Position numbers and translations under genes: made by a program | The notes under the pieces: model-generated | The model's database searches: none | Told to the model about the DNA's origin: nothing | The model's input: only the letters and a program-made list of their open reading frames with translations | In this document: positions 1 through 12,549 of the stretch, piece by piece | Position numbering within the stretch: the stretch's first letter is position 1 | How the letters are laid out: the number at the start of each line of letters is the position of its first letter | Source of the DNA: Mytilus edulis | Lineage: Eukaryota | Length of the DNA stretch: 64,000 nt | Direction of reading: 5' to 3' | Assembly: GCF_963676685.1 (NCBI RefSeq) | Contig: NC_092345.1 | Span: 99,200,001-99,264,000, forward strand

Positions 1-477
1 ACTTCAAAGGATTAAAAAAAAAGTAACATGTTCCTGTTAGAAATGTAAACAAACAATGAATTTGATTATCAAAGTTGACAACCCAATGAGACACCATGAC
101 CAAAAAAAAAAATGCAAGTAAAATATCATACCAAACACTTGATAGTAACAGTAACTAACAGCAGTCTTAACTGTACTTAATCTGCTAATGTGACATCATG
201 CCTTTCACAAGATATTCTTCAAGTTTATAATGAAGCTGTAAAAACAAACAATTTGAATGCTTATATTTGCTAACACTTAAGTTTTGGTAAGCCTTCGACT
301 TTTGTCGAAAAAGTGAGACATAGTGATCTTACATTCCGTCGTTGGTGTCGTCCACAAATATTCACTCTGTGGTTAAAAGTTTTTGAAATTTTGATAACTT
401 TCTTAAACTATCCTGGATTTCTACCAATCTTGGACAGAAGCTTGTTTATGATAGTATCCAGGAGTAAATTTTGTAAA

Positions 478-712
478 AAACAAGAATGTGTCCCCAGTAC
501 ACGGATGCCCCATCCGCACTATCATTATCATTTTCGATGTTCAGTGGACCGTGAAAATGGAGGGAAATCTCTAATTAGAAAGATCACATCATAGGGAACA
601 TGTATAATAAGTTTCAAGTTGATTGGACTTACTTCATCAAAAACTTTAACCTGAAGCGGGACGAACGGACGCACAGACCAGAAAACATAATGCCCATAAT
701 TGGGGCATAAAA
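478..712 (+). mobile_element. Non-autonomous HINE/DINE-1-like interspersed repeat, nested in another repeat (~287-960)
   Basis: Begins aacaagaatgtgt, contains a GACG/GACA microsatellite, and ends in the hairpin atgccc...gggcat plus an A-run. A near-identical inverted copy lies at ~1901-2190. The host repeat has an internal unit repeated at ~364-440 and ~778-850. Confidence 0.6.
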
Positions 713-1900
713 ATCCATTTTTTCTGTATTTTACTTATAAATGGACTAAGTTTTTCCCCCAGTTAACATTACATTCACTCTGTGGCTAAAGTTTAAAAAA
801 AATTAATAACTTTCTTAAACTATCCTGGATTTGTATCAAACTTGGACAGAAATTTGTTTATGTTCAAAAGCTAGTATCTATAAGTTTATCACGTATATTA
901 GTTATAAATGGACTTACTTTTTCCTCAACATATATAAAGTTTTAAAAATTTTAATAACGAAGCTCAAACCTTATATGGAATTTACTGACCCTATATACAT
1001 CGTATTCGATCACTAGCACACTATGTAACGAAGTTATCATACCGACTATCTTTATTTGTTGAATTTAGACCAGAGTACGTTGTCTCATTTGCAATCATAC
1101 CACATCTCAATGTGTTAAAGTATTCAATTTTAAGACCTACTATACCATTGGTCTGCACAAAAAACTAAATTCAACAATAACAATTTAATATCAACAACTT
1201 TGATATAACAATATTAATCAGAACTTTCAATACTTTTTTAAAAATAATCAAATAATGCCAAAGTCTTCATAAAAGAAAGGAAGGACATCTTAAACAGATA
1301 TAATAGTATATCGCAAATCGAATATAAAGAAACAATATGGGACACGATACTTTTCAAACAAAAACGAGAAAATTTCGGACTAAAAGCAAATAGTGAACAA
1401 AAAGCCCTGTATCAGGTACCAACGATTATGAACTATACCATCAGAAGACATAGCTTAAACATTTAACACTTGTAAAAGAATGCATTCACGAGAACTACTG
1501 ATAAAAGTCCATGTGAAGATATATCCAACTGTTTTCAGTTTAAAAAAATGGCAACGTTGTAATGTTTTACGGTACAATATTTGGTTATCATGTAGAGTTT
1601 GTGTGAACTGCTTGATCAAATTCAGTGTAAATCGTTCAGAAAAAATATTTGAAAAATAAAATCATTTTTGTGTGCTTATTCAGAGTTGATTTGCTTAGTG
1701 CGAGTTGTAGGAGAGATGCTGATTTATAGCATTTGACTCCATGCAAATATATAGAAACAAAGCTATGATTTAAAAAAAAACACACATTTTAATACTTGGT
1801 TGAGCCAAGACAAGCCAGTCACGTTATCAACTGGTGCAAGAAATCTGTTTGACATTCTTGATGTTGCATTCTCTTTAGTGAATAATTTCCCGTAAATATT

Positions 1901-2190
1901 TGTTTTATGTCCCATTTATGGCCATTATGCTTTCTGGTCTGTGCGTCCGTCCGTTCGTTCGTCCGTCTGTCCCGTTTCAGGTTAAAGTTTTGGTTAAAGT
2001 TTTTGGTCGAGGTAGTTTTTGATGAAGTTAAAGTCCGATCAACTTCAAACTTAGTAAACATGTTCCCTGTGATATGATCTTTCTAATTTAATGCCAAATA
2101 GAGATTTTATCCCATTTTCACGGTCCACTGAACATAGCCGAAAATGATAGTGCGGATGGGGCATCCGTCTTCTTGGAACACATTCTTGTT
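1901..2190 (-). mobile_element. Second, inverted copy of the HINE-like repeat
   Basis: The reverse complement matches 478-712 (caagaatgtgt...ggatgccccatccgcactatcatt...cagtggaccgtgaaaatggg...gaccagaaa.cataatg). Confidence 0.65.
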
Positions 2191-2709
2191 CTCTATAACT
2201 TATAAACTGGTTTTCAAGACATAAGAGTTTTACCCTAAAATGAAGGTTGGAAGATCTAAGAGCTTATGAAGTAAACCTATAAGTTTTTTCCATGTAAGAA
2301 ACGGCAGATTTTTTTGGGGTATTTAACTAATGAGTGAACTACTTCTTATTTTTGTACATACGTTTTTTGCAATCAATAATTCTGATGTTTACAGGATGTC
2401 TATTTTGCTTAACGGGATGTGCCAATTAGACATATATCTATCAGAAACAGTCAATCTTGTTTTTTTTTTAGACATTTAGGAAATGGAAATTATAGCAATG
2501 TTTCTCTTTTTTCGTGTTTTGAATTGCCACGTGAGGTTGCTACACCTACACTGTGTGTGCTGTAACAGTCATTATTGTATCTATGGAACACTTTAAAAGT
2601 ATAAACATCCAATACAGTATTAGTCTGTAGATTATACATTAGTTATGTCGTAGTTTTCAAGTATCTACACTTGTTATTACATTTGTTTGACCAGTATACT
2701 TAAGATTCC

Positions 2710-2777
2710 TATAAACACGACATCCTCTAGATATTTTATACGGAAGACAGTGTTTCGTGAGCTAACAAAAAGTGAGT
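2710..2777 (+). promoter_or_regulatory. Candidate TATA box and non-coding first exon/donor of the LRR gene
   Basis: TATAAA at 2710-2715 and a GTGAGT donor at 2772. The matching acceptor tttgcag ends at 3136, 2 nt before the ATG at 3139. Confidence 0.5.
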
Positions 2778-3138
2778 TTTTTTATTTGTAATTTGTCTTT
2801 AAAAAACTATGAAAATATAAGAAAATTAGGCATCAATAGTTCAGAGTAATGTAGATTAAAAAATAGCTTTTGCAAAATACAATAAACATTTCTTTCTTTA
2901 TTAATGGAATAGTTAACAAAACAATGCTAATCTTAATCTGATATTTGTCAAATGCAAACCAAAGAGCAACAAATACGAACAATAACCATAATAAAACGGA
3001 AAACGTCTGCTTAAAAGTCATTCATGGAATAAGTTATTCTATATCTTGTCAATGAAATAACTTGCAACAACAACAAAAAATTATTGAAAACTATATAATT
3101 TAAAACAAAAATTACAGCCTTCTGTTTAATTTGCAGTG

Positions 3139-4443
3139 ATGACCGTAACGATTTTTGCCATCATTCTGTGTTTTGGATTAGCCTTTATACAATGCAGTAT
3201 TGACCAAGAGTGTTTTAGCATCGATAAAGTGTTGTCATGTGGTACGATCAAACATTTCCCGACGTCAATTTCGTCTGATATTGAAACGATAACTATTTAC
3301 GAAATGGAGGCTGAATCTATTCCTTCAGACTTATCACATAGAATTCCGCATCTACGTTTATTACAAGTTTACTTTGGAAAAATCGACAGAATTTCTGCAA
3401 GTGCATTCGCAAATTTGCATCAAGTCGTCGAAATCAGCTTTTTCCAGTCAAAAATCCGTCTCATTGAAACTAATGCTTTCAGAAATATATCGACATTATC
3501 TGTATCATTCCATAATACAACCATCGAGGAAATGCAAGGCAACAGCTTTTCCCAAATTCAACGTATGGACAACTTTGGAATGACGCTTTGTAATGTATCG
3601 ATTGTCCGTCAAAACGCAATTAATTCCATTGCCTATGTAAACAGATTCCAAATTCAAAATTCGAACTTTGGACTTATCGAGAAGCAAGCTCTTAATAACT
3701 TTGGCAAATTGATTTTCTTTCAAATTCATGATAATACTTTTAAGCTGTTTAAGTGTATGTCTTTAGAACCACTTTTAGCTGCTGCTAATAATAGCGCCTT
3801 CTACCAGAATGTATTTTCATGTTCGTGTGACCTACAGTGGATCGTCAGGGACCAAATAACCAGCACTTACTTATTTTCAAACATGTGTGAGGAAAAAGAT
3901 TCTAATAAAAGAGTCGTGCTAGACAAGTTTGACTTTCAAGCAGCCGAATGTACTGACGTGAACGATACTTGTAAAGAGAACTTTAGGATCACCATAGCTT
4001 CACGAGCAGTTCCATCTACACAGATAACTGTTCCTGTGACAACAACAAAACGGAATGTACTTCATTCCACAAGTGATATCAGAACAGTTTTTGCTAAAAC
4101 CGAAATAACAACCATTCCCGCGACAAAAGAAAAAATTCTAAGCACAAGTAACCTGAAGCCAAGTACAGTCAAAGAAGTAAATATCAAAACAAAATCTACA
4201 ATATCGGCTACTACTTTCAATTTATCAAATGGAACGCTTTCGTCGGAAGAAACTACTCAACGACGTACACGTTTATATTCTGAGTCAGTAACATCTACTA
4301 GGGTCACTGACCTACATACCACGAAATTACGACAAACTGTACCAAGTTCAAGGGGTCAAAATATAAACAATTCGGAAAATCTTAAATTGCATCATAGTTT
4401 GATAATGTTGATGGTAGCAATGGTCATTTTAATCTTGTTATAG
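3139..4443 (+). CDS. Cell-surface leucine-rich repeat protein with Ser/Thr-rich stalk, probably GPI-anchored (434 aa)
   Basis: Signal peptide MTVTIFAIILCFGLAFIQC. LRR motifs (IxxIxxxAFxNL) and an LRRCT-like NVFSCSCDLQW...C. Mucin-like T/S-rich region. The C-terminal hydrophobic tail ends at the stop codon with no cytoplasmic residues. Confidence 0.88.
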   Translation: MTVTIFAIILCFGLAFIQCSIDQECFSIDKVLSCGTIKHFPTSISSDIETITIYEMEAESIPSDLSHRIPHLRLLQVYFGKIDRISASAFANLHQVVEISFFQSKIRLIETNAFRNISTLSVSFHNTTIEEMQGNSFSQIQRMDNFGMTLCNVSIVRQNAINSIAYVNRFQIQNSNFGLIEKQALNNFGKLIFFQIHDNTFKLFKCMSLEPLLAAANNSAFYQNVFSCSCDLQWIVRDQITSTYLFSNMCEEKDSNKRVVLDKFDFQAAECTDVNDTCKENFRITIASRAVPSTQITVPVTTTKRNVLHSTSDIRTVFAKTEITTIPATKEKILSTSNLKPSTVKEVNIKTKSTISATTFNLSNGTLSSEETTQRRTRLYSESVTSTRVTDLHTTKLRQTVPSSRGQNINNSENLKLHHSLIMLMVAMVILILL

Positions 4444-4888
4444 AGCTGTGTTGGTGTCTTTTGAATACGTTTGGTTTTACATACATATCTGACAGTGTTA
4501 GGTATAGTAATATCTTGTGAATAAGGATGAAGTATTAGAATAGTGCTATCTTACGTTTGTAAATTATCGAGGGAAGAAAGGAAGTTTTCTCCGAAGATTC
4601 AGATTGTAGGAATTTCATGTGGACTGCAGAAAAAAAAATCAAACGACATATTTTTTGAATTGATGAGTCAAACTTGGGACTGATAAAGAGAAATATTGAT
4701 ACAAATAAATATGCATTGCAATTCGAATTAGAATTCACGTTCACGTTCGATTCGAATTCAATCCCAATTAAATATACATGTAAACGAGGCAATAGATCGC
4801 GTCTAGTCCAAAATACGTACAAAGTGTTGATGCATTATAGTGCAGTCATTGTTAATTGTTTTGGTTTTTTTTACTTTTTGTAATTTTG

Positions 4889-5262
4889 TGCCTCGTTCAC
4901 ACCTACATTTAATACGAATCGAGATCAAGTTCGCTAATCGCGTTCACACACTCTTCTTTTTTTAAATCGAATTGATTCGAATTGGCTAATTCGAATTACC
5001 CAATTCGAATTAGAAATACGTTTTTGTTAATACGAATTAAAAGTTAACGTCGTTTGGAAAGTAAAGCAAAATTGACGCGCATTGCAATTCGAATTAGAAT
5101 TGACGTTAGGACGTATAACGTCGTCATGGTCGTTCGGACAGTAAAGCATTTGACGCGCATTGCAATTCGTATTATAATTGATGTTATGACGTTTAAACGT
5201 TTCAAATGCGAAATAAACTAATTCGAATTAGTTAATGCGAATCGAATTCCAATTACGTGTGA
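4889..5262. repeat. TTCGAA-rich palindromic MITE-like repeat (related patch at ~4710-4770)
   Basis: Termini ttcacac...gtgtgaa with many aattcgaatt palindromes inside. Confidence 0.45.
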
Positions 5263-6424
5263 ATATTGATATTTGTTTCTGTTTGTTGTAACTAAAATAT
5301 GATAATTCAGGCAAATCGGTGAACAAGAATATGATAGCTAATGCAACTCTATGGAAAAGGGATAAAGCCTTCGGTTGTCGATATAGGATCATGTCTGTAA
5401 ATACGAAATAAACAAAAATTGAACATGAAAAAATATAGTTTTAACATGTACTTATCAAAGTAAAAGGTTTATTATTTTTCATCATTCAACTTCTTTTCTT
5501 TAGAAGGGTATAAGTTTTCTGACAAGAAGAAATATACTAATATAAAAAGTTTTCAAAACGAAATGGGTAGGAGATGCAAAACAGAATATGATAACGTTAG
5601 ATCTGAGATTAAGTGTTCAGAAAAAAAGACAGTTAAAGTTGTGAAAGACCGACAAATTGACCACATTTCTACCCATTACCATAATTATATATAAACAAAT
5701 AGATTTATAAATGACTGTAAACTATAATACATGTTTCATTTGATTTTCAAGGTGTTTGTTTTCATCAATGTTGTTAATTCCATGCAGCCTTTTATATGCT
5801 GTTTATATTTCTATCTGGTGCCATGTAACGTTTCACTTTTTCCTTTAATTCCAATGTTTATAATGATATGAATCCTAACGACGTATTTGACCATGTTAGA
5901 AATGTTTATCTGCTAATTGCTATATTAGTATGCTTGTTTGTCCGTGTGGATGTAAACTGAGAGATAAGCAGGAGCTTTGTTTGACTCTGTATATATGCCA
6001 AGCCCATTTTATATACAAATTGTTTCTCTAAGTGTGAGATTTTCTTTGTGATTAAAATGTTTATTAATAGAGAGAAATGTATAATAATACTTTTTTTATT
6101 GTGTCCTTTTTACATTGGTATTATACGTTAACTGATTTGAGAAGTAAAAATTTAAGTAAAGTTCTTCACCAATGTATTGGTAAACTCACCGTAGTACCAG
6201 AAATAAAATTCTGTATGTCAAAGTTGCTTTTCGTCTACATTATACTCATCAGTGACGCTCGAATCAAAAAGATTTGTGAAGGATAAGCATCAGAAGATGT
6301 CTGCCTATTATACGCTGAAATTAAGTAACTTACTAAAATGGATGACAAATCACAAATCAAATAATAAACCAAGAAGGAAAACAATTTAAAATGGAGCAAT
6401 TATTTTTTTCTAGAAATAATTTTT

Positions 6425-7777
6425 CTATCCGATTAGAAACCCTGAAAAGGAAGAATAACCAGAGCCGTAAATTGCTTGCTGGGCGGAACTAAAATGTCGA
6501 ACATACACAAGGTCGCCTTTCTGTGCCATAACAACTACGTCCATTGTTCCAGACGATCTGTTTTCATTTCCATAGTTACGACCAATTTCAACGGAGTTCT
6601 TCATGATTTGAGTATGAATCTGATTGTTAGCGCTAGTCATCTGTAGCATGGTGGTCGAAAAATGGTAAAGCCCGGTAACGGGAACAGTAAATATACCAGA
6701 TATGCCATTATATGCTCCTCCAATGTTGGTGCTGACTTTATCAAATTCTACTGTTTGCTGTTGTCCTAATGTTGTATGTGCTGTTAGAGTTGCATAGAAG
6801 GCAATGTGTTGGTTGTTCTCATTCACTGAAATAAACGTGGTTAGTTTTATTTGAAAAATGAAACGTGAATGACAGACCGGGAAAGTATATAAAACTTAAA
6901 ACAAAAATCATCATTGACGTAGATGTCAAAATCCCCACTCGAAGAAAACTGCCTTGTCATACCATAACAGAAACAAAGAAATGTGACAATATCATGACTA
7001 AAAGAAATTAAGAAAGAGCAACACATACGCCGAAACCTGCAGATTAAGACAGATTTTGAATGAAGATAAAATTAAAAGCAGTAGATGTTAGATTATGATA
7101 ATTTGGGTTGGTCATACCCACAGACAGGTTCCTTTGTCTTATGTATCGTAAATTGTATATTAATTTTTCTAACACCGTATATTTACATTAGATGTATGTT
7201 TCGTCATAATACGTTATTCTGATTGGCTAACTGCAATCTCGCATTATTCCTTAAACAATTTCATTACACAATAAAATGAACAGATAAATTAAATAAAAGC
7301 TTGATAAAAATCGTGTTTTCATGATTCTAGCTAAAAAATGTAAAAATAAGTATTGAATGCTTCTATTTGTAACTTCATAGGGTTGTAAAAGCGCACATTT
7401 TTAGAATGAAACGTGGAAACAAAATGTACTTTTGTCGACGCTTTTACACCCCAATGAAGTTACAAAAAGAAGCATTCGATTCTTACAGAATCAGCATTAA
7501 AAGAGTAATTAAGTAAGTACATTCGACTGCGAATGATTTGAATATTTGATGTCAAGGCATTCGTTACAATCAGTAAATAAAAACATTTTACAGATATATG
7601 AATACCTTTTTCCTGTAACAAGTGCACAGTCTGTGTTAAGTTCTGTACCTGTATTTCCATCTGCTGTAACCTATCATCAGAGGTACCAAGTAACAATCTC
7701 TTCAGTTGTCCTTTGGATGAAACATGATGAAGTGTGGATATGCTCAAGACCACAATAAACATTAATCTAAGCGCCAT
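6425..7777 (-). CDS. Secreted C1q domain-containing protein (190 aa; exons 7777-7606, 6825-6425)
   Basis: Exon 1 encodes a signal peptide and a short coiled coil (RLQQMEIQVQNLTQTVHLLQEK). The phase-1 GT/AG intron restores the frame (G+TG). Exon 2 is a gC1q domain (IAFYATL...FDKVSTNIGGAYNGISGIFTVPVTGLYHF...SSFSGFLI). Confidence 0.92.
7355..7477. repeat. Hairpin/MITE-like inverted repeat in the C1q intron
   Basis: gaatgcttct.tttgtaacttcat.ggg.tgtaaaagcg pairs with cgcttttacacccc.atgaagttacaaaaagaagcattc. Confidence 0.6.
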
Positions 7778-10700
7778 TCTTAAGTCGTTTATGTGATAAG
7801 GCTTTTGATAAGAATACATAGCCAAAGTATGTACATGTAAGTCAGGAATCTGATGTTCACTAGTTGTCGTTTGATATTGTGGTTCATTCGTGTTTCTCGT
7901 TTCTCATTATTTTTAATATAGATTGGTTGTTTTTCCCGTTCGAATGGTTTTATACTAATCATTTTTGGGGCCCTTTATAGCTTGCTGTTCGGTGTGAGCC
8001 AAGGCTCCGTGTTGAATATAAAATAAGATATGAAATGTTTGCCAATGAGACAACCCTCCGCAATAGACCAAATGGCACAGAAATTAACAACTATAGGTCA
8101 CCACACTGCCTTCAACAATGAGCAACTCCCATACCGCACAAATGTATAATAATTCAAACGAGAAAACTAACGGCCTAATTTATGTACAAAAAATGAACGA
8201 AAGACAAATATGTAACAAACGACAACCACAGAATAAATAACAAGCTTGATATTCTCTGTTAACTTACCGTTTAGAAAATGTTAAAATAATTTGATACACT
8301 TCGTCCTCCCAAGGCACGGCATACCATTACACAATTGTGAAGTTTTAGTTTTCAATGCTCTATAACTTTGTAAATGATTTGACCTTCCAATTTTTCCAAC
8401 TCAATTTGTTCAGCACTGATGAGTCTTATATATATATACTTAATGGGTGTCTGCCATGGTCAATTATAATCTCATGTATTTGATAACTTTTAAGAAGCAC
8501 TGACGCGGGGTCGACGCCACTTCTTGTGGGCGCATACATTACGGTCCCCGAGGAAACCACCAGTACAGTAATCAGTGCCACTTTGCTGACATGAGATGTA
8601 AGTGATATGGTAATATTCTATAAGTTTAGAGTTCATAAAATGTTAAAATCAGATTTTTTTTTCTACACTTGTAATTGATTCTACCTTGAAACTTTTCCAA
8701 CTCGACTCGAAAGTCAATGGTTAGTCTAATGAGACGAAATGCTCGATTGGAGTACGTACTGAATTAAAAGCCTGGTTGGTATTTTTGATTGAATTTTTTT
8801 ACAACCTTCTTGCTGGTAGACATAATGTTGTCACAAGTAACCATCGCTCTGTCATTGATACGGTCATTTTCTGTAAGTTGAATGTTTTTCATATGGTAAA
8901 TAATTTGGTAAACTCAGGATTTTCTTCACAAAACATGGATCCGAAAGCAAAATTTTGTGCAATTTTTGGGGAACTTTTGTTTTTTAATGCTCTCTAAATT
9001 CGTAATGGATTTGGCTTTCCAATTATTTTGACACAAGCGCCGACGAAGAGACCGTGTGTTACCAAAACGCGAGTGTAATATAGACTTGTAAGGGCTCTAT
9101 AGCGAGTATAGGTCGTTAAAAACTTCCATTAATTTTGTTGTAGCTTTGAAGAGTTTTCTTCTTCTTCTTTGACTTATTTTAAGAAAAAGGAAACAAGCCT
9201 TTCATTGTCCCATTGACATCATCTTAATTGTTTTACAAGGACCATTCTTGAATATCATTTTTGACAAGTTGTTGAATTTGAAGTATGGTTTTCCTATGCG
9301 TCCGGAACATTAAGTTATTTCCCGGTACTAAAAGGGTGACATGTTACTTATAGTTTGTTTGTAAATCTATTCATGTCTTACTCATTGTCTTCGCTAAATC
9401 AATTTGTAGTTAAGGTTTACCCTTCATAAAAATAAGGAGATGTGGTATGATTGTTATTTAAACAACTATCCACCAAAGTTCAAATGAAGTGGATGATAGA
9501 CAATTATAGACAACCTTCAACGGTGGGGAAACCCCATACTTTATAGCCCGGCGATCAAGACTTAGTCCTCAACATGACAAAATTGAAATAATTTAATTGA
9601 GAAAACTAACGGTCTAATGTACAACAAAACTATTTACGAAAAAAACAAATATTAAAAACATGAGCAACCACTGAATTACAGGCTCCTAACTTGGATCAGA
9701 CACATAAAGAATGTAGTGGGGATGAACATGTCTTAAGTTGCCAACCATCACCCAACCTGGACAGTGGTGTAACAGTAACAGTTTAAAATAAGAACACTAT
9801 AAAAATAGTTAAACGGGACTTAACTCTTCAGATCGATATAAATCAGAAATCATCTAACAAGAACACAGACAGGACATGGCAGGGTGTTTCTATACATCCC
9901 TCACAACAAAAAAGACACAAAGTACATTTCTGAGAGAAGAATACTCGCAGTTACTGACAGCTAGTTCAAAGCCAATAACAAATTATTAAAAAAATCAGCT
10001 TTTTCAAGCCAAAAACAAATGATAAAGAAATATGTATCAGACTAAAATAAAAATAGGTACACATAAATTTTTTAGGATAAAGATGTCATTAACAATCAGA
10101 GAAGTGTTGCTCTCCACCTATTGTAATTTTTCAAAATTCTAACCAAATTGCGAATAAAACCGACTCTTCAATTGGTCAGAATTCTTGTGCACACTAATTC
10201 TTCGCAACTGTAAAAGATTTTAACAAAATTATTTTACCAAATTGGTCATTACATCCACAGGTTGTTGAGAATAATTTTGATCGAAGAGATCTGAAGATCT
10301 CATTTGAGAGTTATGTATTTGACAAAAGTGAAATGCAATGGAAACTAATAAACCAGAAGTTATTGAGACCTAGGGTCTTTTGATTTGAGGTCCTGTATCC
10401 ATCAAAAAGAAAATGAGGTAAAGGTCAAAGGTGAAGGTCATATTCTAATTTTTTGCTTTTGCTTGTGCATGCAACTTCTAAGAAACTGCTGTATAAATTG
10501 TTAGTTACGATATGTTCTAACAGGTCATTTTGTCTTTGAGGTGATATGGCTACCGTACTCATACTCTGAGTTGTATTGTAAAATATTTTATTAACAATAC
10601 ATAATAGAGACCTAGGATCTTTTGATATTAGGTTCTTGCCTGGGACCTTGAAATAGAGGTCAAGGTAAAAAATATATTTGACGTTCTAAATTTTCACCTT

Positions 10701-11521
10701 TGCTATAACTTCCGTTTCTTACATGATTAAGACAGTATTTTACAGTGAATTAACTGGAAGGTGTCAACTGAGAAATTTTATAAAATTAATCATTTCAGTT
10801 GCAATAACTCCAAATTGGGTTGTCCCATTGTCTGAATCTTTTCTAGAAAATTAATCTTGACCTGCTGAAAATGTTGACCTGACCTCTTGTTTTGTTATTA
10901 CTGCATTTAACCCCTTAGCCATTGCAGTCATATTTATTGACATACCATAGGGATCATTCACCTCAAGTTGGGTTGATATTGGTTCAGTAGTTTCAGAGAC
11001 CTTGATCAGACAATGGACACCAAGTGATTGCAATAGCACACAGTCTTTAATAGATCACACTAGTTTTATAGCATAGACAGATGGCAAAGTTAAAAGTTTG
11101 TATTGTTGAAAGCATGCTGAACTCATTTTCTTTGAACAGCTGTTTATCACCAAATTACCTCATCTGTTCTAAGATATTGGATAATAAAGGGTCAGTAGAT
11201 ATAATACAAGTATTGGAGTTATTACAGTACATGTACTACAGCTGACTGCACCCAAGTAGATCATTAAAGCTAGTACAAAGAACAAATGAGCTAGATAGCT
11301 TGAACTTGTCCCTGTTTTCGTCCCTTTCTAACTACCTTGTGTATCACATAGTAAGTATATAGATTATCAGTTTTCTGCACATTGATATCATGATTTCATA
11401 TACAACTGCATTAGCTGATAAACTTTTCCTCAGACATTGTAACATTGATGATAAGTTCTGCTTTCATCTCATAGCCTCAATCTAAATTACAGAGTGACTG
11501 AGCAAGATGATATATATAAAG

Positions 11522-12549
11522 TAGTGTTGTCAAATCGTACACTTTTGCCTAACCGGTTACTCGGATAATCGTTCGACCGATTAACCGGTTAACCGGTAGT
11601 TTAAGTTGATGTTTGAAAGCCTTATCAACAGAACCCTACACATAGATGTGGTATGAGTGTCAATTTGACAACCTTTCATCCAAGACATAAATACGCTTTT
11701 AGAATTGAAGTTTTTCCTTTAGCATTATAAGGCTTGTCCGTGGGGATTCCTGGCGAAATTTGACTTTTAATAATCAAATACACCGTGTCAACTATAATAG
11801 CGTTTTTTGTTCAGATTGAAAAAAAAAATCTTAATCTCGTAGAATTGAATATGTCATATGTCTAAAACAATACATTCTTTCCTTTTCTCTTGTTGTCTCC
11901 GAAAATAATGTGGTGTGTTTCAATTTGAAATGATTGATTATAAAAAGAGAAGATGTGGTATGATTGCCAATAGGACAATTCTTCACAAGAAACCAAAATG
12001 ACACAGAAATTAACAACTATAGGTCATCGTACGACCTGTTTCTTTACTGTGTTTGCTTTTTTCTTTAGGCGTGTTATTCGTACTTACACCTACATTAATT
12101 GAGTACATGCACATTGGTTTGCATTTTACAATTTTTTTAATGTAAAGTAAGACTAACCCTTGCACTACGGAGGTTGCACATTTAGATGTAGGTTTACACA
12201 ATATTAGATCAAAAACGAAATAATGAAGTAATTAGTAAAATTTAATCTCATTACTGATTTAAAGTTACTGTTAAAAAAACATGTATACTAATTATGTTTC
12301 TTTAAGATCCTGCCCCGAACTCTAATCAATTTTATGTTTAAATTTTAGGATTAACAATAGCAATCAATATACTGGACAATTGATCTGTCAAATGAATTAC
12401 CACGACGACATTTTTATGATTTCAATACAGATTTATATCAAATCTATCAAAATTGAAAAAAGTCCGGTTAACCGGTTAGCGTTTTTTGTATTCGGTATTC
12501 GGTCGTTCGACCGATTAACCGGTTAACCGGTTAACCGTTGACAACACTA
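11522..12549. mobile_element. Non-autonomous hAT-type DNA transposon
   Basis: TIRs TAGTGTTGTCAA...TTGACAACACTA. Perfect 8-bp TSD ATATAAAG (11514-11521, 12550-12557). Subterminal TTAACCGG repeats at both ends. Confidence 0.9.

Noticed and set aside
7460-7825. Stand-alone 121-aa ORF
   Set aside because: Only 7777-7606 is coding (C1q exon 1). The rest is UTR or intron read-through.
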